From IMG/VR virus record IMGVR_UViG_3300046468_002660: a stretch of 64,000 nucleotides of DNA. The stretch is one strand, 5' to 3'. The number at the start of each line of letters is the position of its first letter. Positions within the stretch are counted from its first letter, which is position 1. The position numbers and the translations under genes are program-made. The notes under the pieces were generated by a model. The model did no database searches. It saw only the letters and a list, made by a program, of their open reading frames with translations, and was not told the DNA's origin. This DNA is from a virus. This document shows positions 1 through 9,750 of the stretch, in pieces.

Positions 1-2
1 TT

Positions 3-407
3 TACAAACGATTAACTATTGAGAATGAAGATAAAGGTTTTTTCAATGTAGATAATTGTATTGAATTTAGCAATTACTTGTTTGAAACATTCGGGGCAAT
101 GATCCCTGTTTGTTTTGATAATCTACATCATATGTGTAATCCATCAGAAGAATCTTCCGTAGAATGGCAAGCCGAGCGTTGTGCTTACACATGGGTTAAC
201 AATGGAAAAGGTGATAACAATTTTATTTCCCCTGTGTTTCATTGGTCAGAAGGTACTCCCGAAAAACCTCGATCTCACGCAGATTATTTTGCTCTAGGTC
301 GATTTCCACCAAATATTGCCATTGAACCCGATAAACCTGTTAAGTGGGAATGTGAAGTAAAACAAAAAGATAAAGCTATCAAATTACTTCAAGAGCAAAT
401 GTCATGA
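3..407 (+). CDS. uvsE: UV-damage endonuclease (UvsE/UVDE family), C-terminal part, 5'-truncated by window
   Basis: Frame open from base 3 (YKRLTIENEDK); motifs RLTIENED, FDNLHH, FHWSE, HAD, EVKQKD fit the UvsE TIM-barrel metal ligands. Confidence 0.8.
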   Translation, partial: YKRLTIENEDKGFFNVDNCIEFSNYLFETFGAMIPVCFDNLHHMCNPSEESSVEWQAERCAYTWVNNGKGDNNFISPVFHWSEGTPEKPRSHADYFALGRFPPNIAIEPDKPVKWECEVKQKDKAIKLLQEQMS

Positions 408-955
408 AAAAAAATATTAAAAAATTATCCATTGGAGATTACATAAAAGAGAAATCTTTTAAATTTAAAAGGCGAGTTGGTTTAGTTACTACTATTCTTG
501 ATGATAATCAAGATAACCCAACAATAGAATGTATTTTAGTTAATTCAAAAACATTATTGCCGATTGAAAATTTTCATGGAAAACATAAAATATTTAAAAT
601 AAAAAGAAATAACATCAAATATCATGTGCCTCGTCACGAATTATTTGAAAAAAAATCTTTTGAAATTGGGGGTTATATTTACTTTAAAGGGAAAACTCGT
701 TTCAAATATGGCAGAATAATTTGCTATCTTAATCAAGAAGAAGGTTTGTACCCAAAATCTTATGATCTCCACAAACATAATGGTAAAGATTTATTGGAGT
801 GCGTTGAAATTAACCCAAATAATTTAAAAAGAATATTAGACGAAGAAAATCATCCTCGTATTTTTATTGCCGATCCTTCTAAAGCTAAAATAGTCCTTCC
901 TTTGGATAAAGATGAGCATGGCAATTCAATAATACCAAGAAAACTTGATATATGA
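404..955 (+). CDS. Hypothetical protein with two internal beta-rich repeats
   Basis: IGDYI..RVGLV..IECILVN is echoed by IGGYI..KYGRI..LECVEIN; ATGA overlap with upstream gene. Confidence 0.6.
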   Translation: MKKNIKKLSIGDYIKEKSFKFKRRVGLVTTILDDNQDNPTIECILVNSKTLLPIENFHGKHKIFKIKRNNIKYHVPRHELFEKKSFEIGGYIYFKGKTRFKYGRIICYLNQEEGLYPKSYDLHKHNGKDLLECVEINPNNLKRILDEENHPRIFIADPSKAKIVLPLDKDEHGNSIIPRKLDI

Positions 956-1053
956 TTAATTATTTAATTAATATTCTATTAATTTTAGCAATCGTAGCAT
1001 TTAGTTGTTTATTAATGCTTGACTCTTGATATTATTTATGCAACATTATTGGC

Positions 1054-3348
1054 ATGGCAAAAAAACAAAAGGTCAGAAAAGCTCCCAAATACCGCTTGCG
1101 TAAACTTAGCTTTGGGGAAGATAAAAAAAAGTATTTTCCACGACCATACCAACGAAAATCATTGGATGAAATCATGCATGGATTCATGGTTAATAAAGTT
1201 GATCGAGGTCAAGCGATTTTACCTTGTGGTGCAGGAAAAACAGCTATAGCTCTTTGGGCAATCGAAGCTCTTCAATCAAAGTCTACATTAATGCTTTGCC
1301 CTAGTTTGTTTTTGGTTAATCAAATTTATAAATTCTTTGCTAAAAATTTGCCTAAAAACATTCAAGTTTTATGTGTTTGTTCCTCAAAGGATGATTTAGG
1401 CAATGGTACTGACCAATGGAATCCTAAAGAATTTATTGATGATTTAAATCCTACAACAGACCCAAAAGAAATAGCTGATTTCATAAAGTCTCCAAAGCAA
1501 GGTATGGAAAAAAGAAGAGGTAAATCGGGCTATATGTCTCGTCATCAAAAATTTATTATTATTTCCACTTACCAAAGTTCGCCTCGTATAACAGAATCGT
1601 TTAGTTATTTAGGTAAAAACTTTCAATTTAATTTAGCTATTTGCGATGAAGCACATAGAACAGCGGGAAAAATAGATAAGCAAGCGACTGATATCCACTT
1701 TGACGCTAAAATTAGATGTCAACGCAGATTATACATGACTGCCACTCCTAAAGTTAGTCGATCCTCTGATCAAGATTGTGCTTCTATGAGTGATGCCTCT
1801 GTTTATGGGAAAGAATTAACCTATATGTCATTCAATGATGGCATCGAGAGTGGGTTTCTCTCCGATTTTCAAGTGCAAATTTGCGGTCATGAGCAAGCTG
1901 ATATTTTATTAGATCAGCAAGATGAGCAAAGTGCAAAAATTAAAATAGCTGAACAATTTCTTGGTCGCAACAATTGCTCCCATGTTGTAGTTTTTTGCCA
2001 AAATATTGAGAGAGCTAAATTTTTTGCAGATAATATTAAGCTAGAAGGTTTTGAAATTTTTCACATCAATGGGGATATGCCAAATAAAACCGAAATCCTA
2101 CAACGATTTAGTGCTTCACCAAAAGCTCTCATTACTAATGCTAGATGCTTAACTGAAGGAGTTGATATTCCGAACATTGATTGCGTTATATTTAATGACC
2201 CAAAACAATCAGTTGTTGACATAGTTCAAGGTATTGGTAGAGCTTTGAGGGGTGGAGATAAGGTCAGTCAAGTTATGATTCCTCTTTTGCAATCTGATAA
2301 TGAATTGATAGATGATCTAGTTGTTGCAAAACATTATAAATCAATTTTAAATGTTGTTCGTGCAATCATGAGTCATGATCAACGAATTGCAGAAAATATC
2401 AATGCTTATGTTCATGCTAATGACGCAGAAGCTTTAGACAGGCTTCGTGCAACCATTGTTTTTCAAAACTTACCACAACTTTTGGAAGATGGTTTAATTG
2501 CCCATACTCTCAAAAGATCAAGTCCTTTTTTGCCATTAGGTCAAGCATTAAATTTTACACATAGCTTGGGTTTTTTATCAAGCGAAACATGGGAAGACTA
2601 TGCTTATTCTCGCAAGCCTTTCCCCAATTTACCCGAAAAACCTAGCAATATTCCTGCTAGTCCTGATGCTTATTATAAAAGAACAGGCGAATGGATATCT
2701 TGGGGGCATTTTTTAGGCTATCGAAATAAATACCAAAAGTGGATGTCTTATGATGAGGCGAAAAAGTTCGTGCATTCTTTAAAACTTAAAAGCCAACAAG
2801 AATGGAGAAATTATATTAAAGGGCAAATTTTAAATCTTCCTGCTAAACCCGAAGACATTCCTAATGCACCCGAACAAACTTACGGAAAAAAAGGTGATTG
2901 GGTTAATTGGGGTGACTTTTTAGGGTATAAAAACCTTCACCAAAATTGGTTATCGTATGAAGATGCAAAGAAATTCCTACGCCCTTTAGGTTTAAACTCT
3001 AGCGATTACAAAAAATGGGCGAAAGGCGAAATGCCACACTTACCTGCGAAACCAGACGATATTCCGTACGATCCAACCAATGTTTACAAAAGAACAGGTG
3101 ATTGGATTGATTTTGGTGACTTTTTAGGATATGATCTATGCCGTCAAGATTGGTTGGAATTACATGAATGTCCTGTATTTGTACATCCTTTAGGCTTAAA
3201 AAGCTATAAGGAATGGAAAGATTATTGTAATGGACTCATGCCTCATCTACCAAAGAAGCATAAGCGTATAGGAAAAGCTCCTCATTTAATTTATAAAAAT
3301 GATTGGAAAGAGTTTGGGGGATGGAAAGCTTTTTTAGGATATAAATAG
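1054..3348 (+). CDS. Superfamily 2 (DEAH, Res-like) helicase with four C-terminal integrase-repeat-like units
   Basis: PCGAGKT, DEAH, TAT, LTEGVD, QGIGRALR; four ~70-aa repeats of type W.SY.EAK.F...L.L.S..W....P..P...Y...G.W..WG.FLGY. Confidence 0.85.
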   Translation: MAKKQKVRKAPKYRLRKLSFGEDKKKYFPRPYQRKSLDEIMHGFMVNKVDRGQAILPCGAGKTAIALWAIEALQSKSTLMLCPSLFLVNQIYKFFAKNLPKNIQVLCVCSSKDDLGNGTDQWNPKEFIDDLNPTTDPKEIADFIKSPKQGMEKRRGKSGYMSRHQKFIIISTYQSSPRITESFSYLGKNFQFNLAICDEAHRTAGKIDKQATDIHFDAKIRCQRRLYMTATPKVSRSSDQDCASMSDASVYGKELTYMSFNDGIESGFLSDFQVQICGHEQADILLDQQDEQSAKIKIAEQFLGRNNCSHVVVFCQNIERAKFFADNIKLEGFEIFHINGDMPNKTEILQRFSASPKALITNARCLTEGVDIPNIDCVIFNDPKQSVVDIVQGIGRALRGGDKVSQVMIPLLQSDNELIDDLVVAKHYKSILNVVRAIMSHDQRIAENINAYVHANDAEALDRLRATIVFQNLPQLLEDGLIAHTLKRSSPFLPLGQALNFTHSLGFLSSETWEDYAYSRKPFPNLPEKPSNIPASPDAYYKRTGEWISWGHFLGYRNKYQKWMSYDEAKKFVHSLKLKSQQEWRNYIKGQILNLPAKPEDIPNAPEQTYGKKGDWVNWGDFLGYKNLHQNWLSYEDAKKFLRPLGLNSSDYKKWAKGEMPHLPAKPDDIPYDPTNVYKRTGDWIDFGDFLGYDLCRQDWLELHECPVFVHPLGLKSYKEWKDYCNGLMPHLPKKHKRIGKAPHLIYKNDWKEFGGWKAFLGYK

Positions 3349-3351
3349 AGC

Positions 3352-3380
3352 TTGACTCTTAATTAATAATTTATTAAGGT
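3352..3380 (+). promoter_or_regulatory. sigma70-type promoter, leaderless start
   Basis: TTGACT-N17-TAAGGT, then ATG (3387) 6 nt after the -10 box. Confidence 0.75.
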
Positions 3381-3386
3381 GTTGGT

Positions 3387-3866
3387 ATGGTACAAATAAT
3401 AGATGGTAATCTTCTTGATTTCCCTAATGAAATAGATTTTATCGCTCACTCTTGCAATACTCATAATGTTATGGGTGCAGGAGTTGCTCGACAAATAAAA
3501 GATCGCTACCCTAAAGCTTATGAAGCTGATTGTTATGCAATGTACGAAGGGGCTAATATTTTAGGGGATTATAGTTTTTCAGTAACAGATGCTACTCAAA
3601 ATAAAGGTATTTATAATATGTATACCCAATCTAAAATTGGAGACAAAAGATCAGTTAATTACGAAGCATTTTATGTAGCATTAAATAAAGTGGCGGGTCA
3701 TATTGAATGGCAATCCAAGCATGAAGGGGTAGAAAAGATTTTGGGCTTGCCTTGGATGATTTCTTGTGGACTTGCAGGGGGGAGTTGGAATGTAATTTTT
3801 TCAATGATAAATGATATTTTGATTGACAGAAAGTTTAAAACCTATATTGTTAAATACGATGAATAA
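3387..3866 (+). CDS. Macrodomain protein (ADP-ribose processing, T4 Tk.4-like)
   Basis: GNLLD, IAHSCN, MGAGVARQIK, ISCGLAGGSW macro signature. Confidence 0.85.
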   Translation: MVQIIDGNLLDFPNEIDFIAHSCNTHNVMGAGVARQIKDRYPKAYEADCYAMYEGANILGDYSFSVTDATQNKGIYNMYTQSKIGDKRSVNYEAFYVALNKVAGHIEWQSKHEGVEKILGLPWMISCGLAGGSWNVIFSMINDILIDRKFKTYIVKYDE

Positions 3867-4149
3867 ATTAGAAGAAGCAATGGGCAGAATGAATCATATC
3901 GAGCAAGATATAGAAGCAATGATATATGCAATCGGAGATTCTGCTCGCAAATATACAGAAGATGAATTATTAAATATGTTAATTGGAATGAATCAGTTAC
4001 ATAAAACTCGTTATCAAATGATGTGGCAAGAGTACGAAAATTTTACTAAAAAAAGTGTTGCCAATTTTGATTTCCACAATTATGATGGCAAAACAAAAAC
4101 AACAAATCCTCTTGATGAATACATCATAGATGGAGACGATGGAGAATAG
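3859..4149 (+). CDS. Hypothetical protein
   Basis: ORF; ATG overlaps end of macro gene. Confidence 0.6.
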   Translation: MNKLEEAMGRMNHIEQDIEAMIYAIGDSARKYTEDELLNMLIGMNQLHKTRYQMMWQEYENFTKKSVANFDFHNYDGKTKTTNPLDEYIIDGDDGE

Positions 4150-4537
4150 AACAATGATTGAATTAGAAAAACCTTGGCAAGCACCTAAAGAAGTTGCGTT
4201 AGCAATAACTGATTTAGCGTTAACTCATATCAAAAAAGTTGAAGCTAATCCCGAAGTAGAAACTGAAGGAGATAATTTTGATTATTGGAATAGCTATGAG
4301 CTAGAAGATGGTACTTATATAGATTACAATATCTATTGTGGTGATGATATTGGAGAATTTACTGATGGTGGTAATTTTATATATTATGATCCTAGCGAAT
4401 GGACTTGGGATGTTGCTTGCTATGCAGTTGATCCACCAAATGAAGATAATCCTTATCATCAAATAGATACAGATAGAACACAATATTTATTTAGTTACAA
4501 CAAAAAAGGAAATAGAGAGGTAGAATTTGAATCATGA
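4130..4537 (+). CDS. Very acidic, aromatic-rich hypothetical protein
   Basis: ORF in tandem run; D/E/Y/W rich. Confidence 0.6.
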   Translation: METMENRTMIELEKPWQAPKEVALAITDLALTHIKKVEANPEVETEGDNFDYWNSYELEDGTYIDYNIYCGDDIGEFTDGGNFIYYDPSEWTWDVACYAVDPPNEDNPYHQIDTDRTQYLFSYNKKGNREVEFES

Positions 4538-4866
4538 AACATATCCACTTATACATATTATTCCCCATTTTCTTGTCAAGCGTCCAAGGAGAAAAAGGTT
4601 CAATTTGGGATTTCTCTAAATTTAACAATAGTGTTAGAGTTATTGATGTAAATAAAACTTCAAATAAACAACAAAGTTTTACAGAAACTAGGCAATGGGT
4701 TATTCATCTTGAGAAAAAAAAAGAGCAAGAATTTTCAAAATATAAAGAAGTGTTTCAGAAAAACAAAAAACAATGCAAGTGCAGAGAATGTTTTGAAAAA
4801 GCAAAAGCTAAAGACTCAAAGCTTAGATATGTTGACTATCTTCATCAACTTCATAAAAACAAATAA
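4534..4866 (+). CDS. Secreted hypothetical protein with RYVDYLH motif
   Basis: Hydrophobic N-terminus; C-terminal motif shared with 4904..5137. Confidence 0.55.
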   Translation: MKHIHLYILFPIFLSSVQGEKGSIWDFSKFNNSVRVIDVNKTSNKQQSFTETRQWVIHLEKKKEQEFSKYKEVFQKNKKQCKCRECFEKAKAKDSKLRYVDYLHQLHKNK

Positions 4867-4903
4867 AATAGAAAAAACCATTCTAAATATTATTATATAA
4901 ATA

Positions 4904-5137
4904 ATGAAATATTTATTTTTGTTATGTTTGTTTATAGCGGGGTGCGGTCAAAAAAAACCTATGCCAACATTGCATAATTACCCAATGCTTGACCCACATA
5001 ACTGCCCTTTACCAACAGATGATTATGACAATCCTATTTTAAAAGCACAAGCTAAAACATTAAATATGCGTTATGTGGATTACCTTCATTTCGTGAATAA
5101 CAAAAAAAATGAAGAAGTATTGGTCTTGGGCGAGTGA
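4904..5137 (+). CDS. Small lipoprotein with RYVDYLH motif
   Basis: MKYLFLLCLFIAGC lipobox. Confidence 0.6.
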   Translation: MKYLFLLCLFIAGCGQKKPMPTLHNYPMLDPHNCPLPTDDYDNPILKAQAKTLNMRYVDYLHFVNNKKNEEVLVLGE

Positions 5138-5201
5138 ACGATTGGTTGGCTTTTTTACTTATAATGATTATCTTGTCATTGAGCTTTTGGTTATTTTTTT
5201 C

Positions 5202-5230
5202 TTGACGGCTGTTATATTATTTGCTAATGT
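5202..5230 (+). promoter_or_regulatory. sigma70-type promoter, leaderless start
   Basis: TTGACG-N17-TAATGT, ATG at 5238. Confidence 0.7.
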
Positions 5231-5237
5231 TTGAGTT

Positions 5238-5831
5238 ATGAGCGGAGAAGGATTATCAGTAAGTTTTAGAAGAACGCAAATGACTACAAAGTCTAATCAA
5301 GAACTCCTTGCGGAATTTCAAAAGATTATCTATGCGAGTCCTGTCACTAGACACATGAAATGGTATGGCAAAGATCATAGCGTTGACATACTAGAGCATG
5401 GTGACGATAATCGCCAAAAATGGGAGCAAGAATATGTTGCAATCAAAGATACTTTTCAATTTGAGATTAGTGTTTGCGAGTCTTGGTATAAAGATGCCGA
5501 TTTATATGAGTCACATGAAAGAGAAGATAGTTTTGTTTCTCTTGCTAGAAGGTTTGCAAACGACAATGCTCTTATGTATTTTCCAAATGGTTTCCCTGCT
5601 GAATGGATAGAGACAGAAACTGCTGATGGAGAAAGGTGTTGGAATCATTATAAAGTAAAACCCAATGATAAAAACATTGACAAGATATGCGATCTATGGT
5701 ATCGTTATGGAATAATGAACTTACAAGCATTTGATAAAGAAGTCGAATCTCAACTTTGGGTTGAAGCTAGAGATAACATAAAAGAATTAATGGAGTTAAA
5801 TTATGAAAATACAAAGTTGGCTAACAATTAG
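5238..5831 (+). CDS. Hypothetical protein
   Basis: 197-aa ORF directly after promoter. Confidence 0.7.
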   Translation: MSGEGLSVSFRRTQMTTKSNQELLAEFQKIIYASPVTRHMKWYGKDHSVDILEHGDDNRQKWEQEYVAIKDTFQFEISVCESWYKDADLYESHEREDSFVSLARRFANDNALMYFPNGFPAEWIETETADGERCWNHYKVKPNDKNIDKICDLWYRYGIMNLQAFDKEVESQLWVEARDNIKELMELNYENTKLANN

Positions 5832-6075
5832 ACAAGAAGACGATACAGATGATTGGTCTGCACCCATTATGTGGTTAGACGATATGTCCGAAGATGACCT
5901 TTTTCCATCTGATGATTTAAATATTGATTGGGTAGAAGAAATGGACAAAGAAGGAGCACCAATTTTGGAAGATGACCATCTTGGCAGAGATATTTGCATT
6001 GAAGTCACTTGCCCATCGAAAAAACTTGACAAGCGTAGGGCGGTAGGTTACAATATAGACTTTGATTGGAACTAA
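5803..6075 (+). CDS. Very acidic hypothetical protein
   Basis: ORF; D/E rich. Confidence 0.6.
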   Translation: MKIQSWLTIRQEDDTDDWSAPIMWLDDMSEDDLFPSDDLNIDWVEEMDKEGAPILEDDHLGRDICIEVTCPSKKLDKRRAVGYNIDFDWN

Positions 6076-6077
6076 TT

Positions 6078-6359
6078 ATGAAAATATCAATTACAACAGA
6101 TAAAAAAGTATTTAGTGTTGAAGATGAATATGGATTTGATTGCTCAACTATTCAGGATGCAGTGGAAATGTTCAAAGGCTTACTTGTATGTGCAGGATTT
6201 CATCCTAGTAATGTAGATGATGCTTTTAATACCGAGTACACATGGTTTACAGAAGAAGAGAGAAACGAAAATATGCAAGGACATACAAAAGAAGAAGTCC
6301 AAAATTGGCAAAACAATTTGTTTAAACAAGACGATAAAGACAATGATTATGTTTTTTAA
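6078..6359 (+). CDS. Hypothetical protein
   Basis: ORF (ATG 6078). Confidence 0.6.
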   Translation: MKISITTDKKVFSVEDEYGFDCSTIQDAVEMFKGLLVCAGFHPSNVDDAFNTEYTWFTEEERNENMQGHTKEEVQNWQNNLFKQDDKDNDYVF

Positions 6360-6361
6360 TT

Positions 6362-6631
6362 ATGAATCCGTTTGATGAATTTAGAAGTTTAATAAATAAA
6401 ATATTTATTTTAATTATATTGATTACGATATTTTTATTTCTATTTTCTTGCAAAACTAATGCGTCAATGTACAATATTTATTTAGAGCATCAACCAAATG
6501 AACCACTTTATAGCACATCATCTCTTGAAGATGCTAAAGACTATTATAGGTATTTTAAACCATTTCATTCTGATATGTATATCACAACAATTGAAGAAAA
6601 TAATAATTTAGTAATTTTAAAATATGACTGA
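6362..6631 (+). CDS. Membrane-anchored hypothetical protein
   Basis: Hydrophobic stretch IFILIILITIFLFLFSC. Confidence 0.55.
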   Translation: MNPFDEFRSLINKIFILIILITIFLFLFSCKTNASMYNIYLEHQPNEPLYSTSSLEDAKDYYRYFKPFHSDMYITTIEENNNLVILKYD

Positions 6632-6857
6632 AAAACAAGAAGAGCAAATGCTAGAACTTTCTGCTGAATTATGTGATTTACTAAAAAACAATTTAACAAT
6701 AGCAACAATAGAGCAAAAACATAAATTTGAAGAAATGCTAGATTCAGCCTCTTTCTTTTTTGACAATTCATCTTACGATAGGTCAATTGATGAGATGAAA
6801 TCTTTAATTAAACAATTAAAAACACATAAAAATGATACAGATAGAGGATGCAAATAA
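6624..6857 (+). CDS. Hypothetical protein
   Basis: ORF overlapping neighbours. Confidence 0.55.
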   Translation: MTEKQEEQMLELSAELCDLLKNNLTIATIEQKHKFEEMLDSASFFFDNSSYDRSIDEMKSLIKQLKTHKNDTDRGCK

Positions 6858-7032
6858 CGAAAGTTACCACATTAACCCACAAAATGTTGTCTATGTAAAA
6901 GCTAGAATTGACCCTATGAAAAGAGAAAAGTGGTGGAAAATTACTTTTGTTAATGGAGAGCAATTGCACACTAAAAATGAAGAAGGTGTTCGGTCTATTA
7001 TAAACGCAATAAAAGTAAAATTTAGAGCGTAA
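6832..7032 (+). CDS. Hypothetical protein (small beta-rich domain)
   Basis: INPQNVVYV...ITFVNGEQL. Confidence 0.55.
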   Translation: MIQIEDANNESYHINPQNVVYVKARIDPMKREKWWKITFVNGEQLHTKNEEGVRSIINAIKVKFRA

Positions 7033-7104
7033 TGGATTTTTTGCTTGCTATGGTAGTGGGTGTTGTGCTATTATATATATCAATTAATAATTTATGGAAT
7101 CACA

Positions 7105-7395
7105 ATGATTGAAAAAGAAATAATTTTAAAAGAAACTGCCGATGGCGATTTATTTTTTACTATACCCGATGATGTTCTTGAAAGATTAGGGTGGAAAGAA
7201 GGAGACGATCTAAAGTTTGAAGAAAGAAATGCTTCGGTTTTAATTCGTAAAGTAAAATATGAAAGTGTTGAGTTGGAATTTGATGACGAAGAATTACTCA
7301 AATACATGAAGTTTGCACATGAAAAAGGGATCACATTTAACGAACTTTGTGAAGAAGCAGTTAAAGTTAAATTAAATGAGGTTGATTCTAAGTAA
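7105..7395 (+). CDS. AbrB/MazE/SpoVT-like DNA-binding protein
   Basis: GDLFFTIPDDVLERLGWKEGDDLKF swapped-hairpin signature. Confidence 0.7.
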   Translation: MIEKEIILKETADGDLFFTIPDDVLERLGWKEGDDLKFEERNASVLIRKVKYESVELEFDDEELLKYMKFAHEKGITFNELCEEAVKVKLNEVDSK

Positions 7396-7567
7396 AATAT
7401 TATATTATGTCGGAGATTTAATTAGTAAATTGTTTTATTATAATTTTTTTTGCAGAAGAGCGAGAGTTTTATACCCAATTTATAGTAAAATAATGATTTT
7501 AAGTTCTGATCTCGACAAAGATGGAAGAACATGGAAAAGAATTAAGAAAAGAAAATTAAATGAATAA
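7376..7567 (+). CDS. Hypothetical protein
   Basis: ORF in tandem run. Confidence 0.45.
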   Translation: MRLILSKILYYVGDLISKLFYYNFFCRRARVLYPIYSKIMILSSDLDKDGRTWKRIKKRKLNE

Positions 7568-7799
7568 TCTTTTTCCAAATAATAAAGAACCCGAAATACC
7601 GCCCGACACTTGTCCGTATATAAATTTTATTCAAGAAGTTTTAGATCAAATTAAAGATAAAAATAAATCTCAAACATTAAATTCTCAAATACAATTGATA
7701 AATGATACTCTTGAATATGTTAGAGACGCTAATTCTGCTTTAAGAGATTGTGGAAAATATTGGAAAAGAAAATATGATAGCAAAGGAAAAAGAAAATGA
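7560..7799 (+). CDS. Hypothetical protein
   Basis: ORF in tandem run. Confidence 0.55.
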   Translation: MNNLFPNNKEPEIPPDTCPYINFIQEVLDQIKDKNKSQTLNSQIQLINDTLEYVRDANSALRDCGKYWKRKYDSKGKRK

Positions 7800-7999
7800 A
7801 CGAACAAATGATAGAAGAAATTAATTATCGTAAAGGTTATGATAAAGGATGGGCAGATGCACAAGAATATCTTGTTAAAAAATTTGAAAAAATATTATCA
7901 AAAAATTCGCATCAATCTTACGACAAGGGTTATCAAGATGGAGCAAATCAAAAAGATAATAAACCTTGCGTGTGTGGATTTTGGGGGGATAAAAAATGA
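7796..7999 (+). CDS. Hypothetical protein
   Basis: ATGA overlap; GYDKG/GYQDG repeats. Confidence 0.5.
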   Translation: MNEQMIEEINYRKGYDKGWADAQEYLVKKFEKILSKNSHQSYDKGYQDGANQKDNKPCVCGFWGDKK

Positions 8000-8156
8000 C
8001 AGAAGAAAAACAAGAATATATTATAATTGATTGGAATCGCCCACATGGTCACGAAAGAGTACCAACAAATAAAAAAATTCTCTTGACAAAAGATGAGGCT
8101 TATGATTTAAATAAGTTACTTACATTAAATGGAGAAAATAAAAGATATATAAAATT

Positions 8157-8438
8157 GTGAAACCAATACACAACACTAGAAACTGCAATTACAGAAGGTT
8201 CTTGTACAAAAAATTAAAACACGGCAAAATAAGTGGCAAGTTTTATAAGTTTCTTTATAGAAACTTTCCCTATCGAGTTACCGCAAGAGAAGTGCAAGTT
8301 TGTGTTCAAAAAGTTCTTTACGCTGACATGAACGAAGACAAAGCTATCGCTATTTTACAAAAACAAAGCAATGAACTCAGAAGACAAAGAGAAATGGCAA
8401 AATCAAATTGGGAGTGCAGAAAAAAAATTGAAAAATAA
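8157..8438 (+). CDS. Basic hypothetical protein
   Basis: ORF. Confidence 0.5.
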   Translation: MKPIHNTRNCNYRRFLYKKLKHGKISGKFYKFLYRNFPYRVTAREVQVCVQKVLYADMNEDKAIAILQKQSNELRRQREMAKSNWECRKKIEK

Positions 8439-8439
8439 C

Positions 8440-8649
8440 ATGAAACAAATTATACTTGAAACTTTAAAAGAAATTGCTTGTAGCAATACAGGTACTTGCC
8501 AAATAAACTTACAATCAGAATCTGCACAAGAAATGATTGCGAATAAATTGCTTGACAAGTTAGAGCCTTTTGTGCAAAATCAGACTATGCAAATAGTAGA
8601 AGATATTGTTTTATCAAATGGCGATTATGTAGGAGAAGCCCATGAATAA
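8440..8649 (+). CDS. Hypothetical protein
   Basis: ORF (ATG 8440). Confidence 0.5.
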   Translation: MKQIILETLKEIACSNTGTCQINLQSESAQEMIANKLLDKLEPFVQNQTMQIVEDIVLSNGDYVGEAHE

Positions 8650-8863
8650 CGAACAAATACAAAGTGTTGTTGAAGCAAATAAATTAATTCTTGAAGATAT
8701 TCTTTCTAATGATAGTTTTCAAGTTGAAGATTTACTTAGAATATCAAAAAATATGGAAGATTTAATTGAAAATCTCCACTTTTGGCTTGAGCAAGATAAT
8801 TCTGAAAGATTTTTTTACGAACTAAAAAATTATATGAATTGGTTGTTAGATAACTTTTCCTAA
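8642..8863 (+). CDS. Hypothetical protein
   Basis: ORF. Confidence 0.55.
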   Translation: MNNEQIQSVVEANKLILEDILSNDSFQVEDLLRISKNMEDLIENLHFWLEQDNSERFFYELKNYMNWLLDNFS

Positions 8864-8864
8864 C

Positions 8865-9197
8865 ATGGCTTGCAAAGATAAAAATTGCGTCTGCAACGAC
8901 AACAAAAAGAAAAACATGGATACTTTAGATAAAATTAGAAAAATTCGATCTGAACGAGTCGAACAATTAAAGGAAACGATTGCCGAATACAATCCCGAAG
9001 CATTATTCGCTGATGGTCACGATCATGCTATCATGGGCTATTCTAGTGACGGCAGGGTTGTTTACTCTGCCGACCAAATAATTGGTGGACTAATGAACGA
9101 AGGCATGACAAATGAAGAGGCAATAGAGTATTTTCATTTTAATATTGAGGGTGCTTATGTCGGTGAATTTACTCCAATTTATATGTACGAGGAATAA
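8865..9197 (+). CDS. Hypothetical phage protein
   Basis: ALFADG.D.AI.G...VVY...M..EEA.EYF.FNI.GAYVG..TP pattern resembles a common aquatic phage protein. Confidence 0.65.
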   Translation: MACKDKNCVCNDNKKKNMDTLDKIRKIRSERVEQLKETIAEYNPEALFADGHDHAIMGYSSDGRVVYSADQIIGGLMNEGMTNEEAIEYFHFNIEGAYVGEFTPIYMYEE

Positions 9198-9200
9198 TCA

Positions 9201-9497
9201 ATGTGGAATTATAGAATAATTAAAGACGAAAATAATTATGGTCTTTACGAAGTTATGTATAATGACGATGGAGAAATATTCGCTCATAGCGAAAAACCCG
9301 AAATTGTTGGCGAAAACCCAAAAGATTTACTTGATACTTTAGAATTAATGATTCACGATGTAAATAAACACATTATTGATGGTAAAGAAATATTAGAAAT
9401 AGATAAAATAAAATTCGCAAAACCATGCGAAGATTATGATAAAAGTGAAGCTATAACTTATGAAGAGTTAAAAAAAATGCTTGACAAGTTAGAATAG
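9201..9497 (+). CDS. Hypothetical phage protein
   Basis: MWNYRII...YEVMYNDDG. Confidence 0.6.
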   Translation: MWNYRIIKDENNYGLYEVMYNDDGEIFAHSEKPEIVGENPKDLLDTLELMIHDVNKHIIDGKEILEIDKIKFAKPCEDYDKSEAITYEELKKMLDKLE

Positions 9498-9516
9498 CTA
9501 TAATAGTATTTTAGTT

Positions 9517-9741
9517 ATGACAAAAAAAACATACGAAGTAGAAATTGCGAGTACAACATATCGTACTTTTCAAGTAGAAGCAGATTCACCCGAAAAGGCT
9601 CAAGACATTGCATTTGATGAAATGTATGAAGATTATGAGATAAGTAAGACATGGAAGCAAAATGCTGAAGTTAGTTTTATAGAAGAGCAAGAAAAACCTA
9701 AAGATGATTCGGAGCTTGACAAACTAAACCAAGACTTATAA
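9517..9741 (+). CDS. Hypothetical protein
   Basis: Leaderless after TTGACA(9481)-N17-TAGTAT; VEADSPEKA motif. Confidence 0.6.
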   Translation: MTKKTYEVEIASTTYRTFQVEADSPEKAQDIAFDEMYEDYEISKTWKQNAEVSFIEEQEKPKDDSELDKLNQDL

Positions 9742-9750
9742 GGTAAAGAC

